Below, in pieces: positions 43,278-44,690 of a stretch of 44,690 nucleotides of DNA. This DNA comes from an uncultured Candidatus Saccharibacteria bacterium (GTDB lineage Bacteria; Patescibacteriota; Saccharimonadia; Saccharimonadales; UBA4665), in contig CAIMCP010000072.1 in NCBI GenBank assembly GCA_903839515.1, forward strand, positions 1-44,690. The letters run 5' to 3'. Below the pieces are notes generated by a model that was not told the origin of the DNA, made no database searches, and saw nothing but the letters and a program-made list of their open reading frames with translations. A program made the translations under genes and the position numbers. Each line of letters starts with the position of its first letter. Positions within the stretch are counted from its first letter, which is position 1.

Positions 43278-44690
43278 ATGAGTGCTATTGATGAAATTAA
43301 AGAAAGAATTTCGATAGAGGATGTTGTTTCTCAATATGTCCAATTGAAACGTGCCGGTAGAAATTTTAAAGGCCTAAGTCCATTCAATACCGAAAAATCA
43401 CCAAGCTTTATTGTTAGTCCCGAAAAACAAATTTGGCACGACTTCAGTAGCGGTAAGGGAGGTAATGTTTTTAGCTTTGTTATGGAGATGGAGGGGCTAG
43501 ATTTTAGGGGGGCTTTAGAGTTTTTGGCAAGACAATCAGGAGTAGACCTTACTAAGTATGATTCTAAGTCTTACAGCAGTGACGCTAAAACCAAAGAAAA
43601 ACTTTATGAAATTCTAGAAATTGCTACAAAATTTTACCAAATTCATTTATCAAAAAATTCGCTAGCCCAAGAATATATATTCAAGAAAAGAACAATCGAT
43701 AAGGCAACTGCTTTGGCCTTTAGATTGGGTTATTCACCTAACTCAAGGTCTGCGTTAACGGACTATCTTAAAAGAAAAGGAACCCAGGAGAGTCTTATTA
43801 AGGCTGCCGGACTGGGAATCGTTAGAGATGGATCTATGATAGATATGTTCAGAGGGAGAGTTATGATTCCACTGGCAGACCAAACAGGTAGAACTATTGG
43901 TTTTACCGCTAGAGAACTAACACCTAGTCAAAATAGCCCTAAGTACATCAATACTCCACAAACACTTCTCTACGATAAAAGTCGACACATATTCGGACTA
44001 GATAAGGCTAAGGAGTCTATTAGGAAACTTAATTATGTCGTTGTAGTTGAAGGCAATATGGATGTTGTTAGTTCATATCAGGCTGGAATTTTTCAGGTAG
44101 TTGCAACTGCTGGAACGGCCCTTACTGAATATCACCTAAAAGGATTAAACCGATTCACTTCAGATATTAGGTTATGTTTTGATAGGGATCAGGCTGGAAT
44201 TAATGCTACAGAGAGAGCTATACCGATTGCATCAAAAGTTGGAATTGGTCTATCCATGATAAATATTCCTGAAGGAAAAGATCCCGATGACCTTATAAAA
44301 GTAAATCCTACTGCATGGCTTGAAACAATCGAAAAACCAATTTATGCAGTTGATTGGCTTGTAGATTATTATGAAAAAGTTATAGATATAAATTCAGGGC
44401 AAGGGAAAAGGCAATTCAGCGACATAATCCTTCGGGTAATTGGGAATATTGATGATCCAGTTGAGAAAGATCACTATCTAAGCAAGCTTGCTAAGATTAT
44501 TGACGTATCTAAGGATGCTTTGTCGGAAAAACTTGGTAATGAAAAAAAATCTCCCCCTGTTCTTAAAAAGAAACATACTAGTAGTGACGGAGACAGGACT
44601 TACGACATTAGTAGATACCAGAATCACTTCTTGGGCCTTGTAATTAATAATAGTGAGCTTAGGATATTACTTGAACCAATGACCCAGGAC
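43278..44690 (+). CDS. dnaG: DNA primase DnaG (C-terminus beyond the window), zinc-ribbon ligands substituted
   Basis: Hand translation from ATG 43278 shows no stop over 471 codons. It reads MSAIDEIKERISIEDVVSQYVQLKRAGRNFKGLSPFNTEKSPSFIVSPEKQIWHDFSSGKGGNVFSFVM, then RVMIPLADQTGRTIGFTARE, then the TOPRIM segment VVVEGNMDVVSSYQAG. Confidence 0.9.
   Translation, partial: MSAIDEIKERISIEDVVSQYVQLKRAGRNFKGLSPFNTEKSPSFIVSPEKQIWHDFSSGKGGNVFSFVMEMEGLDFRGALEFLARQSGVDLTKYDSKSYSSDAKTKEKLYEILEIATKFYQIHLSKNSLAQEYIFKKRTIDKATALAFRLGYSPNSRSALTDYLKRKGTQESLIKAAGLGIVRDGSMIDMFRGRVMIPLADQTGRTIGFTARELTPSQNSPKYINTPQTLLYDKSRHIFGLDKAKESIRKLNYVVVVEGNMDVVSSYQAGIFQVVATAGTALTEYHLKGLNRFTSDIRLCFDRDQAGINATERAIPIASKVGIGLSMINIPEGKDPDDLIKVNPTAWLETIEKPIYAVDWLVDYYEKVIDINSGQGKRQFSDIILRVIGNIDDPVEKDHYLSKLAKIIDVSKDALSEKLGNEKKSPPVLKKKHTSSDGDRTYDISRYQNHFLGLVINNSELRILLEPMTQD

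Overview
This is a 44.7-kb AT-rich, gene-dense bacterial chromosome segment. It uses the standard code: TAA, TAG and TGA all act as stops. Many genes are joined by 4-nt ATGA overlaps. The gene content suggests a small-genome, monoderm-type, Patescibacteria/Saccharibacteria-like organism. That content includes monoderm-style T4SS parts, a bifunctional PGI/PMI, an L,D-transpeptidase, DUF1361 and many toxin-antitoxin pairs. The taxonomic placement is inference only.

Left third (1-14228): a compact type IV secretion-like locus.
- One minus-strand operon encodes a VirB6/TrbL-like giant, a PrgI/VirB3-like protein, a 274-aa protein, a VirB4 ATPase, a 903-aa membrane-anchored orphan, and a four-module secreted peptidoglycan hydrolase that runs off the window.
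- A divergent array of six tandem VirB2/TrbC-like pilin paralogs faces this operon.
- No relaxase, coupling ATPase or integrase is visible in the window.

Remainder of the window: housekeeping and envelope genes.
- hsp20, three tRNA-Ser and one tRNA-Arg.
- A GT-C/GT2/L,D-transpeptidase envelope cluster.
- cls, valS, tsaD, a murE-like ligase, and groES-groEL with a CIRCE-like operator.
- PGI/PMI, argS, mscL, msrB, an HxlR regulator with an FMN reductase, orn, and a partial dnaG.
- Three type II toxin-antitoxin loci are interspersed among these.

Main points for follow-up:
- The uncharacterised components of the T4SS-like machine, and its six-pilin array.
- A perfect 30-bp in-frame tandem repeat in the VirB6-like gene.
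- Two PIN toxins inactivated next to intact antitoxins.
- A DnaG in which all four zinc-ribbon ligands are substituted.
- A tRNA-Arg with a GCG anticodon.
- Several clean operator-like inverted repeats, and promoters whose geometry suggests leaderless transcripts.
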